A stretch of DNA of 64,000 bases from Rubripirellula sp. (GTDB lineage: Bacteria; Planctomycetota; Planctomycetia; Pirellulales; Pirellulaceae), in the NCBI GenBank assembly GCA_965216875.1, contig OZ244207.1, positions 4,128,001 to 4,192,000 of the forward strand, given 5' to 3'. The position numbers and the translations under genes were made by a program. This document shows, in pieces, positions 10,270-19,399 of the stretch (positions are counted from its first letter, which is position 1; the number at the start of each line of letters is the position of its first letter). The notes under the pieces are model-generated. The model worked only from the letters and a program-made list of their open reading frames with translations, made no database searches and was not told where the DNA came from.

Positions 10270-10757
10270 CGGCGCTCCTGGTGATGGTGTTTGATCCAGG
10301 ACTGGGCCACATCGATCACCACTTTGATCTCGTCACTCGAGCAGTCGATGGTCTGGACCGATGCGGACCCCAGACGACATACCGGCTCGGTTACGAACGA
10401 CGGGGACGTGGATGCCGTCTTGTCAAGAAACTCTAACCACTCCTGGCCCGAAAGCGGTGCGACGCGTTGGCGTGGGTAAGCGACAAGAGCGACTCGTTTG
10501 AGTAGTTGCGAAACGGCAATCATCGTGGCATTCGTTTCGACGGATGCCTGAGTTTGGAGCACTTGCAACTCGGCAAGTGCGAGTCGTCGATAGGCATTCT
10601 TGCGCCATCGCCCCACCAACCGCACCGTCGAATAGGCCACCCAAACCGCCAAGACCGCCAGAACCCAATACCAAAACGGCGCCGGCGGCCACCAACCGAC
10701 CGGCGCAACGTCGGCAATGTCATGAAGTCGATCGAGCGAGTAAGGATCTTGCTGCAC
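10266..10757 (-). CDS. DUF4381-like membrane protein
   Basis: LHDI...WWPPAPFW, TM, YRRLAL, LLKRVAL and LSGQEWLEFLD, in the typical operon position. Confidence 0.8.
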   Translation of the reverse strand: MQQDPYSLDRLHDIADVAPVGWWPPAPFWYWVLAVLAVWVAYSTVRLVGRWRKNAYRRLALAELQVLQTQASVETNATMIAVSQLLKRVALVAYPRQRVAPLSGQEWLEFLDKTASTSPSFVTEPVCRLGSASVQTIDCSSDEIKVVIDVAQSWIKHHHQERR

Positions 10758-10758
10758 C

Positions 10759-11742
10759 CTAGCGTCTCCCAAGGCCGAGCAATCGGTTCAACTGGGTTGC
10801 TGCGTCCTGCCCCGAGTGAATCGGCAAGACGGGCGTTTGCAATTGGGTCTGCAATTCAAGGACTTTTGCAATCCGCCCGGAGCTCGCGTCTTGAATTCGA
10901 CGTCGCGTCTTGCGACCGCTGAATTCGATTTCGACTTGAAGCTCACCGTCGGTGATGACCATGTTCTTGCCGATTTGCAGTTTCGACGCCGACGGGTCGT
11001 GCACAAGAACGCAAATCATGTCGTTGTGAGCTCGTATCGAACGAAGCGTTTTGAACGTGTCGTCGTCGTATCCGTGAAAGTCGCTGATCACGACGACCAG
11101 GTAGTCATGGTGCGCAACGCGAGCTGCTTTATCGAGCACTTCGTTTAAGGCGGCAGGGCGTGGCACCGCGGGTGAATCGGCCGACAATCGCTGGTTCTTA
11201 TCGACAATCGAATTCAAGATTCGCAGCACGGTGTGGCGGCTGCGTCTTGGGTCAATCGCGTCGACGCCATCATCATCAAAGATGATCGCGCCAACTCGAT
11301 CCCCCGCATCAAGAGCGCGCCATGCAGCGAGGGCCGCCGATTCGGCAGCAATCACCGATTTCATGTAGAGCTTCGAACCAAAGAACATTCCGATGCGTTG
11401 ATCGACGACCAACAACACCGGTCGATCACGTTCTTCGGTGTAAACACGAGTGTGCGCACTTCGCAGACGCGCCGTCACTTTCCAATCGATCGTTCGAACA
11501 TCATCGCCGGCGTGGTACTGCCGAATCTCCTCGAAGTTCAGCCCACGTCCGCGAACGCGTGATGCGTGTCGACCGGCAAGGAGACTCTGAACGGGCTGGC
11601 GAGGCAAGAACGAGAGCCCACGCGACTTGTGCTGCAACTGAGCCAATCGGTGCAGGGAAGTGTAGACGCGATGATCCATCGAGGCGTCCGACGAACGAGC
11701 CGCCTGAGACGCATCAAGTTGCCGAATGAGCTTCGAAGTCAT
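10759..11742 (-). CDS. DUF58 domain protein
   Basis: GRGLNFEEIRQYHAGDDVRTIDWKVTAR and VISDF. Confidence 0.9.
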   Translation of the reverse strand: MTSKLIRQLDASQAARSSDASMDHRVYTSLHRLAQLQHKSRGLSFLPRQPVQSLLAGRHASRVRGRGLNFEEIRQYHAGDDVRTIDWKVTARLRSAHTRVYTEERDRPVLLVVDQRIGMFFGSKLYMKSVIAAESAALAAWRALDAGDRVGAIIFDDDGVDAIDPRRSRHTVLRILNSIVDKNQRLSADSPAVPRPAALNEVLDKAARVAHHDYLVVVISDFHGYDDDTFKTLRSIRAHNDMICVLVHDPSASKLQIGKNMVITDGELQVEIEFSGRKTRRRIQDASSGRIAKVLELQTQLQTPVLPIHSGQDAATQLNRLLGLGRR

Positions 11743-12704
11743 GCGACTGGAACTACTTTGAGGATGCGACTGATGACTTCGTCCGTAGTGACACCATCCG
11801 CCCCCGCCTCGTAGCTAAGCATCAACCGGTGACGAAGGCAATCGTGAGCGATCGCGCGCAAATCGTCCGGCGTGACATGGTCTCGATCATTCCACCAGGC
11901 GTGAGCCCGCGCCGCTTTGTCAAGCGCGAGCGATCCTCGCGGGCTTGCGCCAACATGAATCAAGCCTTCCAAGTCGGCATCAAACTCTCCGGGACGTCGT
12001 GTCGCTGCGATCAACGCCACGAGGTAGTCTTCCATTGCGTCCGAAATCGAAACCTGTTGGATTTCTTTACGAGCTTCGAAGACCGCCTCCTGCGGAATGA
12101 TGTCGCCCTGCTCCTCTTTCGCGCCCGATGCTTCGCCGCGAACCAGGCGAATGATCTGCTTTTCAGATGCGTCATCGGGATGCGTCATGGTGATGTGCAT
12201 CAAGAACCGGTCCATCTGGGCTTCGGGAAGTGGATAGGTCCCCTCCTGTTCCACCGGATTCTGTGTCGCCAACACCATGAACAACCCGGGCATCTTGTGA
12301 GTCGTGCCTGCGACCGTGACCTGGCGTTCTTCCATCGCTTCCAGCAAAGCGGCTTGCACTTTGGCCGGCGAACGATTGATTTCGTCGGCGAGAACGAGGT
12401 TGGCAAAAATCGGGCCGGGCTGGAAAACGAACCGCTCGGTCGATTGTTCCCCCAAATAGATCTCCGCCCCGGTCACGTCCGAAGGCAGCAAGTCGGGTGT
12501 GAACTGAATCCGGCTAAAGTCGGACTTCAGATTGCTCGCCAGCGTCTTAATGGCGCGCGTCTTGGCCAATCCCGGCAATCCCTCAAGCAATGCGTTGCCG
12601 TTGCAAAGAAGCGTCAAGAGCAGCCGGTCCACCACGTGGTCCTGGCCGATGATCGACGCCGCCATCCGGCGTCGAAGGTCGAAGATCTGTTGGCGTGGGG
12701 TCAT
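11739..12704 (-). CDS. moxR: MoxR-family AAA+ ATPase
   Basis: LEGLPGLAKT, RIQFTPDLLPSD, LADEINR, ATQNPVEQEGTYPLPEAQMDRF and GASPR. Confidence 0.92.
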   Translation of the reverse strand: MTPRQQIFDLRRRMAASIIGQDHVVDRLLLTLLCNGNALLEGLPGLAKTRAIKTLASNLKSDFSRIQFTPDLLPSDVTGAEIYLGEQSTERFVFQPGPIFANLVLADEINRSPAKVQAALLEAMEERQVTVAGTTHKMPGLFMVLATQNPVEQEGTYPLPEAQMDRFLMHITMTHPDDASEKQIIRLVRGEASGAKEEQGDIIPQEAVFEARKEIQQVSISDAMEDYLVALIAATRRPGEFDADLEGLIHVGASPRGSLALDKAARAHAWWNDRDHVTPDDLRAIAHDCLRHRLMLSYEAGADGVTTDEVISRILKVVPVA

Positions 12705-12887
12705 AGTGTCTCTTGCAAGATTCGGGAAACCGAAGTCATCAAGATACCGCGCCGACCGCCCCCTGGCATGCTCTGAACTGCACCGACATGCCCGCGACAA
12801 TTCATCCGTCTACCAGCCACCGCCAACTTGTACTAGAACATGGAGAGAACCATCAATTAGCCCTGAACATGTGCGGGTAGATTCATC

Positions 12888-13331
12888 ATGTCAGAAGCAA
12901 CCGACCCCATTAATGAAATCCTCGTGCCAATGGATTTCAGTGACACTGCGATCCACGCATTGGACTATGCCAAGCGGCTACTGAAACCCATCGGGGCCCG
13001 ACTGCATCTGCTGTTTGTCGACGACGACCCGATGCTGATGCAGGAATCGACCGATCAAGCGTTTCGTGACGAGCACGAAAACAAGATGTCGATGAAGTTC
13101 GTCGCGTTGCTTACACCGGAAGAGCGCGAACAGTTTCGAACCGTCATGGCAGTTCGCTCGGGAACGGCGTACCACGAAATCGAAATGTACGCCAAAGAAA
13201 AGAACATCGACCTGATCGTGATGGGCAACATCGGACGCTCCGCACTGGCTGACGTCGTGCTAGGCAGCGTCTCGAACCACATCATCCGACACGCACCCTG
13301 TGCGGTGCTGTCGGTCAAGAAGCTCGACTAG
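12888..13331 (+). CDS. Universal stress protein
   Basis: ILVPMDFS, DLIVMG and LGSVSNHIIRHAPCAVL. Confidence 0.92.
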   Translation: MSEATDPINEILVPMDFSDTAIHALDYAKRLLKPIGARLHLLFVDDDPMLMQESTDQAFRDEHENKMSMKFVALLTPEEREQFRTVMAVRSGTAYHEIEMYAKEKNIDLIVMGNIGRSALADVVLGSVSNHIIRHAPCAVLSVKKLD

Positions 13332-13402
13332 CGAGGGCGTGCACCCAGCGAGCGAGCTCGCAAGAAATGCGAGTCGCTGGCGTTGGGCGTCGACTGGGCC
13401 GC

Positions 13403-13463
13403 TTCGTAGTACCGCCTTCAAGCGGAGGTTTCAAGCGAGTCCGCCTGAAGGCGGTACTACGAA
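13403..13463. repeat. GTAG-type REP doublet
   Basis: TTCGTAGTACCGCCTTCAAGCGG...CCGCCTGAAGGCGGTACTACGAA inverted pair between convergent genes. Confidence 0.85.
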
Positions 13464-13485
13464 CAAATCCTGCACATCTGGCATC

Positions 13486-14115
13486 TCAGTTTGGTGGTGC
13501 AAATGGCAAACGCTTGTCGGCGCCGGTCGTCACATAGGGCGTCAACTCTTTCTTGAGCCGAGCGCGGGCGCGTGACAGTCGGCTTCGCACCGTTCCTTTA
13601 CCGACCTGCAGAATGTCCGCGATGGTCTGGTAATCGAACCCTTCGAATTCGCGAAGAATCAAAATGGTTCGATGATGCGAATCGAGACGCGTCAGCGCCG
13701 CGCGTACTTGGCCTCGCTCTTCTTGACGTTGGCTGCAACGATCCGGGGACTCTCGAGCCTCGGTCGTCATTTCGTACGGTTCTCGCACCGTATCGAGCGA
13801 CATGGCTCGATTGTTGCGTCGAATATGGTTACGCCGCGAATTGAGCGCGATTCGATACAGCCAGGTGTAAAAGTTGCTCTGGTTCTTGAACGATCCGAGA
13901 TAGCGAAAAGCGCGAACAAACGCATCTTGGACCACGTCCTCGGCGACCATCGAGCAGCCGACATCGTTGCGAATCGAAACAAACAATCGATTCTGATATC
14001 GCTGCATCAATTCGTCGTATCCGTGTTGTTCACCTTCAAGCGCCATCTGGATCAACTCTTGATCCGATTTGGCAGGGAGCAGTTTTTCGGGGGCTAGGCA
14101 GGTGTTAGATTGCAC
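13486..14115 (-). CDS. ECF sigma factor
   Basis: AEDVVQDAF, FYTWLYRIA and region 4 YQTIADILQVGKGTVRSRLSRAR. Confidence 0.92.
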   Translation of the reverse strand: MQSNTCLAPEKLLPAKSDQELIQMALEGEQHGYDELMQRYQNRLFVSIRNDVGCSMVAEDVVQDAFVRAFRYLGSFKNQSNFYTWLYRIALNSRRNHIRRNNRAMSLDTVREPYEMTTEARESPDRCSQRQEERGQVRAALTRLDSHHRTILILREFEGFDYQTIADILQVGKGTVRSRLSRARARLKKELTPYVTTGADKRLPFAPPN

Positions 14116-14418
14116 GGGACTACCTCATTGAACTAAATTCCAGGGTCGGTCATCGGCCTCACCCGCTATGCGGCGCGGTCGCACGGGCTCCGCAGAACTT
14201 TTCCCGAAAATCGAGACAACTTCGCGATTTATCGGGAACCGACGCAGACGCCAGCGTGCTTTCGCCTCGCCATCAGCGGCCAAATCGACGACCGAGGGCA
14301 GCCCCGAAAAGAGCGTCGCCGCGCATGCAACCGGCGACCGAACGAACGCAGGATTTGAAGAACGAGATTTTTTGGTGCGTGGTCCTGCCACGAATTGCGC
14401 CGAATTGAGCAGGGAAAG

Positions 14419-15018
14419 ATGAGCGAAGACTCCAGCACCAATAGCGAACACGAAGATGGTGACGTGACCGTCTTGCTGGCCGAATCAGCCGACGGCGATC
14501 AAGACGCTGCAGAGAAACTCATGCCGCTGGTTTACGATCGACTCCGAGCGTTGGCGAGAAAACTGTTGACGCAAGAGTCGCCTGCGCACACGTTGCAACC
14601 AACCGCATTGGTCAACGAAGCTTTTATGCGGATGGTGGGCTCGACGGACGTTGACTTTCAAAGCCGGACCCATTTCTTTGCGATCGGCGCGAAGGTCATG
14701 AGGCGAATCCTTGTTGACCACGCGCGAACTAAGAAACGCCAGAAGCGTGGTGGCGGGATGCCACGCGTCGAGCTGCACGAGGACATGTGCGTGTCGAATC
14801 GCAACGACGAGGATATCCTTGCCATCGAGGAAGCGCTCGAAAAGCTCGCGACCCTTGATCAACGCCAAGCCGACATGGTTGAACTGCGGTTCTTTGGTGG
14901 CCTGACGGTCGCCGAAGTTGCCGAAGTGCTAGGCGTTTCGAAACGAACCGTTGAATCCGATTGGACGATGGTTCGAGCATGGTTGCGCCGCGAACTTTCC
15001 GGCGAGACAACAGCGTGA
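14419..15018 (+). CDS. ECF sigma factor of the kinase-associated (ECF43-like) type
   Basis: LVYDRLRALA, HTLQPTALVNEAF, MRRILVDHAR and VELRFFGGLT. The stop overlaps the kinase start (GTGA). Confidence 0.9.
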   Translation: MSEDSSTNSEHEDGDVTVLLAESADGDQDAAEKLMPLVYDRLRALARKLLTQESPAHTLQPTALVNEAFMRMVGSTDVDFQSRTHFFAIGAKVMRRILVDHARTKKRQKRGGGMPRVELHEDMCVSNRNDEDILAIEEALEKLATLDQRQADMVELRFFGGLTVAEVAEVLGVSKRTVESDWTMVRAWLRRELSGETTA

Positions 15019-16811
15019 CGCCGCAGCAACATGCTCGTGTCAAAGCGATCTTTGTCGAAGCAGCCAGACGAGATGCTTCCGAGCGAAAAGCCTACGTCCA
15101 AGAGGTTTGTGGCGACGACCAAGTCGTTCTCGGCGAAGTCCTTTCGCTCTTAGAGTTCCACCAAGACGAAACGTTGCTTGAGCCGGCCGACGCGACATTG
15201 ACGGCCGACCTGGATGTGACCGGCGTCGATGCGACCGAAGTGGGACACGACCAAAGCATTGCGGTCGAAACACCCCGCTTTGGCGACACCTACTTAGTGC
15301 AAAAGGATGTGTGGGAGGCCAACCGCCAAATCCTGCGCCGCCGCTTGATGGTGATCGCCTCGGTGATGGCCGTCTTTGTCACCTATTCGATCATCCGACT
15401 TCCCTTCAGCCCCTACCATCCCATTGGGGCTTACCTGGTACGGTGCGGCGCACTGCTGACCACTCTCTTTTGCGCGCTCATCCTTAAGCGAAAGCATGAC
15501 CTCTCGCTCGGCCAAATTCGTCTGATCGAATTCATCGTGATGGCCAATGCCGGCCTGCTAACCATCGTCATCGACGTGCGATTGATGCTACGTTGCGCCG
15601 CCGGTCATAACGAAGAGACACTCATCAGTGTCAACAATTGGAACTACTTTGCCTGGACCTTGATCATCATGGTTTACGGCGTCTTTATGCCCAATCGTTG
15701 GCAACGCGCCGCATTGGTGCTGATTCCGTGCGCAATCATCCCAAGCTTGGTCACCCTGCTAACAAGCTGGTACGAACCGCGCGTGGCCGAACTCCTTGCG
15801 ATGGACGAATTCGGGCGGCCACTGCCAACGCCATTCATCATGGCAGGGATCGCAATCTATGCAGCTCACCTGATCCACGGCGCGCGGCTGTCGGCATTCA
15901 AAGCCAAACGACTTGCCCAGTACCGCATCCTGAGCTTGATCGGCAGTGGGGGAATGGGCCAAGTCTACAAAGCAGAGCACCTACTGCTGAAGCGACACTG
16001 CGCGATCAAGGTCATCCGGCCGGAACATTGCGAAGACGACAAAGCACTGCGGCGTTTCGAACGAGAAGTGCAAGCCACCGCACACCTGACCCATCCGAAC
16101 ACCATCGAGGTGTACGACTACGGCCAAACCAAGGAAGGTGTCTTTTATTTTGCGATGGAGTTTCTGCCGGGGATGAACCTGCGGGAGTTGGTCCGCCTCA
16201 CTGGCCCCGTTCCAGCAAGTCGCGCCGTCCATTTCTTGACGCAGGTCGCCGAAGCCCTTCAAGAAGCACACCATGCCAAGCTGATCCACCGCGACATCAA
16301 GCCGGCAAATATCTTTGCAACCGAACGTGGTGGCATCTACGACTTTGCGAAGCTGCTCGACTTCGGCGTTGTTCGCCAAATCGCTGTCGACCCCAAGGCA
16401 ACTGCCTCTGGCGGGCTCGTTGCTGGCACGCCCGCGTACATGTCACCCGAACAGATCACCTCGCCAGGAAGCGTCAGCGAAGCGAGCGATATCTACGCCC
16501 TGGGCGCCGTCGGCTATTTTTTGGTCACAGGCCATGCGCCGCTCGGTGGCGCAACCCCCATGGACACCATGCTTGCTCAAGTCAACCAAATGCCCGAGCC
16601 GCCTTCGCGCCGAAACGCAGACATCCCCGCTGACGTCGAAGCGCTGATCATGGGCTGTTTGGCGAAATCGCCCGGCGAGCGAATCGCATCGGCCGCAACC
16701 TTGCAGGAGCGTCTGCAGCGGTGCCAATGCTACGGTGATTGGTCCCGTGATGACGCAAAAAAATGGTGGACCCGACTAGCCGAGTCCACCATTTCAGAAA
16801 ACCAATCGTGA
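15015..16811 (+). CDS. Membrane Ser/Thr protein kinase coupled to the ECF gene
   Basis: N-terminal helical segment (VKAIFVEA...CGDD...EVLSLL), about 5-6 TM helices, then IGSGGMGQVY, HRDIKPAN, DFG and GTPAYMSPE. Confidence 0.92.
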   Translation: MTPQQHARVKAIFVEAARRDASERKAYVQEVCGDDQVVLGEVLSLLEFHQDETLLEPADATLTADLDVTGVDATEVGHDQSIAVETPRFGDTYLVQKDVWEANRQILRRRLMVIASVMAVFVTYSIIRLPFSPYHPIGAYLVRCGALLTTLFCALILKRKHDLSLGQIRLIEFIVMANAGLLTIVIDVRLMLRCAAGHNEETLISVNNWNYFAWTLIIMVYGVFMPNRWQRAALVLIPCAIIPSLVTLLTSWYEPRVAELLAMDEFGRPLPTPFIMAGIAIYAAHLIHGARLSAFKAKRLAQYRILSLIGSGGMGQVYKAEHLLLKRHCAIKVIRPEHCEDDKALRRFEREVQATAHLTHPNTIEVYDYGQTKEGVFYFAMEFLPGMNLRELVRLTGPVPASRAVHFLTQVAEALQEAHHAKLIHRDIKPANIFATERGGIYDFAKLLDFGVVRQIAVDPKATASGGLVAGTPAYMSPEQITSPGSVSEASDIYALGAVGYFLVTGHAPLGGATPMDTMLAQVNQMPEPPSRRNADIPADVEALIMGCLAKSPGERIASAATLQERLQRCQCYGDWSRDDAKKWWTRLAESTISENQS

Positions 16812-16821
16812 GCGTCAATCT

Positions 16822-18360
16822 CTAGAATTCGGCGCTGTACTTTTCGGTCATTTGACGACGCATTTGCGATTGTGCATCGTCCATCTGGCGCCAGATTTCC
16901 TGGACCGTCGCGGCACCTGCCGAACGCTCTTGAGTACGAATGATCGCGTTGGTGCGACCTTGCTCTTGCAAGGCCGCTTGTCCAGGCATCATGCTGACGT
17001 TGTAGCCACTGGCGCCATACAGGCCACCGTGGTAACCCATGCCGGCTCGGTAGCCACCAAACGTGCCAGAGTAGTAACCGCCCGAACGCTGGGTGTTGGA
17101 CATCGTTCGGTTCGAAACCCGCATGCCTACGCCTTTCATCGACATTTCAGCGTTTCGCAAACTTGCGGCAATTGTGGAACCGTAGTCGAGCATCTCGCTA
17201 TCGACGTTCATGATCGGCAAGCGATCGATTTTGCGAGCGTACTTGTCGTACCACATCGCGGCTTGGCCAAAGGTCTTGACCTTGTCTCGCTTGGGCTTGA
17301 TACGCAAGTCGTCAAGCAACGTGTTGACGGAGTTCCAGTATTGCTGGGTTGCCAAGAGCTTGTTCTTGCCCTCTTGGTCGACTCCGGGCGAGGTCGCTTC
17401 GTGCATAGAATCCGAAAGCGTTCGCGGCAACTCAAGGACGCTGAGCAAACGGCGTGTGCCGTCAATCTTGAGCGGACCATTGAGCATCAAGGTATTGCCT
17501 TGGATCGAAAGCTTCCAATCGTAGAAGTCGTCGACCATCGCACCTTGTCGTTCGAGAACACGCAACAACAGATCCTTGCCAACCTCACGCAGTGCTTCGG
17601 GCGACTCACTAAAGTCGACGCGAATCGCACCCGCGGCTCGATCGAGCGTGGTCACACCAAGGGTGATTCCCTGGATACCGCTGAGCAGCTTCGCAGCCTG
17701 TTCGGTGTCAACACCCGCGTTCGTGACGAACTCCATTCGATCCAAGTGCGACTTGGCTTCCGTCGCTGAAATGGCACCATTGAGGTCGAGCGCCATCACG
17801 ATTGGAGTACGAACTTTGTTGGCATAGTCAAACGCGGTGCTCAAGTACGGAGGCAGGTTGTCGCCGCTACCAACATCGGTGATGCGAAGCCAACGACTCA
17901 CGTCTTGGCGGTTCGCCGGAACGTGCGAAGCAAGCAGGTCGCCCTTGAGTTGTACCACGTAGTGGTCGTTTGGCAGACGAGCGGCCGATCGACCTTCGAT
18001 CTCGTCCATCGATCCACCGTAACGGGCTGCAACCGTGGTGACGTTTCGCTCGGCATTGAGCTTGATCATCGCGAGCTCCCAAATGGTGTCACCAAGCTCG
18101 GTGTCCATTCGGCCTGCGATCAAGACTTCCTTGCCGTCCGGGGGAAGCGCGAGCAAGCCGGAGTTGTACGCCTCTCTGCGTTTTTCATTCCACTGTTCGA
18201 TGTCGGCAACGGTCGAACCGAACATCTTGTCAGCGTTGATCAGAATCAGTGTATTGGCATCGCGTGGGATGCGGTATTTCATGCCCGAGAAAGGGGCTTG
18301 TGCCACTACATGTGCAACCGAAGTGACAGCTAGCAGTGAAAACAGGACAAGACGGTTCAT
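16822..18360 (-). CDS. Secreted hypothetical protein
   Basis: 512-aa ORF with a signal peptide (MNRLVLFSLLAVTSVAHVVA) and a Gly/Tyr-rich segment near the C-terminus; no family recognised. Confidence 0.75.
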   Translation of the reverse strand: MNRLVLFSLLAVTSVAHVVAQAPFSGMKYRIPRDANTLILINADKMFGSTVADIEQWNEKRREAYNSGLLALPPDGKEVLIAGRMDTELGDTIWELAMIKLNAERNVTTVAARYGGSMDEIEGRSAARLPNDHYVVQLKGDLLASHVPANRQDVSRWLRITDVGSGDNLPPYLSTAFDYANKVRTPIVMALDLNGAISATEAKSHLDRMEFVTNAGVDTEQAAKLLSGIQGITLGVTTLDRAAGAIRVDFSESPEALREVGKDLLLRVLERQGAMVDDFYDWKLSIQGNTLMLNGPLKIDGTRRLLSVLELPRTLSDSMHEATSPGVDQEGKNKLLATQQYWNSVNTLLDDLRIKPKRDKVKTFGQAAMWYDKYARKIDRLPIMNVDSEMLDYGSTIAASLRNAEMSMKGVGMRVSNRTMSNTQRSGGYYSGTFGGYRAGMGYHGGLYGASGYNVSMMPGQAALQEQGRTNAIIRTQERSAGAATVQEIWRQMDDAQSQMRRQMTEKYSAEF

Positions 18361-18650
18361 TGGTGAAAGGCTCGTACAATCTGGATTTTTGTCGACGTCG
18401 CGACCCCGCGCGACGCTCGAGTCGAATCGCGATTATAGACACTGAGAATCAAAATGTCGTTCTGGCGAGTCCCCCAAGGATGCCGAAATTGCGAATCCGG
18501 ACAGAGAAATCGGCCCAAATCCAGCCGATTGTGCTCCGGATTGGCCAATCCGCCTCCCCGACGCCAGTTGGGCGGGTAGCTCTCCCGCCAAGTTTCGTGG
18601 TCAACGCCAGCACACCTGTGCCCGCAGAATGCGAGAAGGGGAGTGAGAGA

Positions 18651-18909
18651 AACCACGAATCGAACGAATCACACGAATGATCACTTCGGGAGCGCGAGGC
18701 TCCCGCCGAGCTTCCACGATTCAATTCCTGCCCAGTTGATCGGCCACAAAAAACACAACAAGGCACGAAAAGAAAAACGACGACGTTCATGCTCTGAAAT
18801 TCTTGTGACTTTTCGTGCTTCTCGTGGCCATGCTCTTCCGACCACGAATCGAACGAACCACACGAACCACACGAATGATCACCTCGGGAGGGCGAGGCTC
18901 CCGCCGAGA
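18651..18909. repeat. Cluster of CCACGAA-type and GGGAG..GAGGCTCCCGCCGAG repeats with a central imperfect hairpin
   Basis: Direct repeat ACCACGAATCGAACGAA..CACACGAATGATCAC.TCGGGAG.GCGAGGCTCCCGCCGAG at about 18652 and 18841. GGCCACAAAA...TCGTGGCC inverted repeat at 18742-18829. Confidence 0.75.
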
Positions 18910-18926
18910 TTCCTTGATCCGGTTCT

Positions 18927-19358
18927 CTAGAACCGCTCGAGCACTGATTGCACGAGCCGGCACATATCGTCACCTGAGTATGGCTTTTCCAAACAGGCCA
19001 CCGCGCCTTCTTGTTGCAAACGTGCGAAACACTTCGCGTCCGTATTGCCGCTGATAAAGATGGTGGGCACATCCATCTCCTTCTTGAGCATCAAGCCTCT
19101 CAGCTCAATCCCGCTCATTCCGGGCAAATGAACGTCAAGAATTAGGCAACCTTGGACATCGCCATCAAACGAATCAAAGAAGTCCTCTGCGGTATGAAAC
19201 ACCTTAGGCTTGATGCCGATCACTGATAGTAACGCGACCAACGAAGCGGCCGCAGCGTGGTCGTCGTCGACCACGTAAACCGGGGCTTGATTCTTCATCC
19301 CGACGGATTGGTTTTGAGGTTGGTGTAGCTCAGCACCACCACCAGCAACTCCGCTCAT
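18927..19358 (-). CDS. Single-domain response regulator receiver (FixJ-like receiver without HTH)
   Basis: VYVVDDD, CLILDVHLPGMSG, IFISG and LEKP; ends after the receiver domain. Confidence 0.88.
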   Translation of the reverse strand: MSGVAGGGAELHQPQNQSVGMKNQAPVYVVDDDHAAAASLVALLSVIGIKPKVFHTAEDFFDSFDGDVQGCLILDVHLPGMSGIELRGLMLKKEMDVPTIFISGNTDAKCFARLQQEGAVACLEKPYSGDDMCRLVQSVLERF

Positions 19359-19399
19359 GCCCCCTCCGCTGATGTTGATTCATTTCAACGCTTGCAGGA

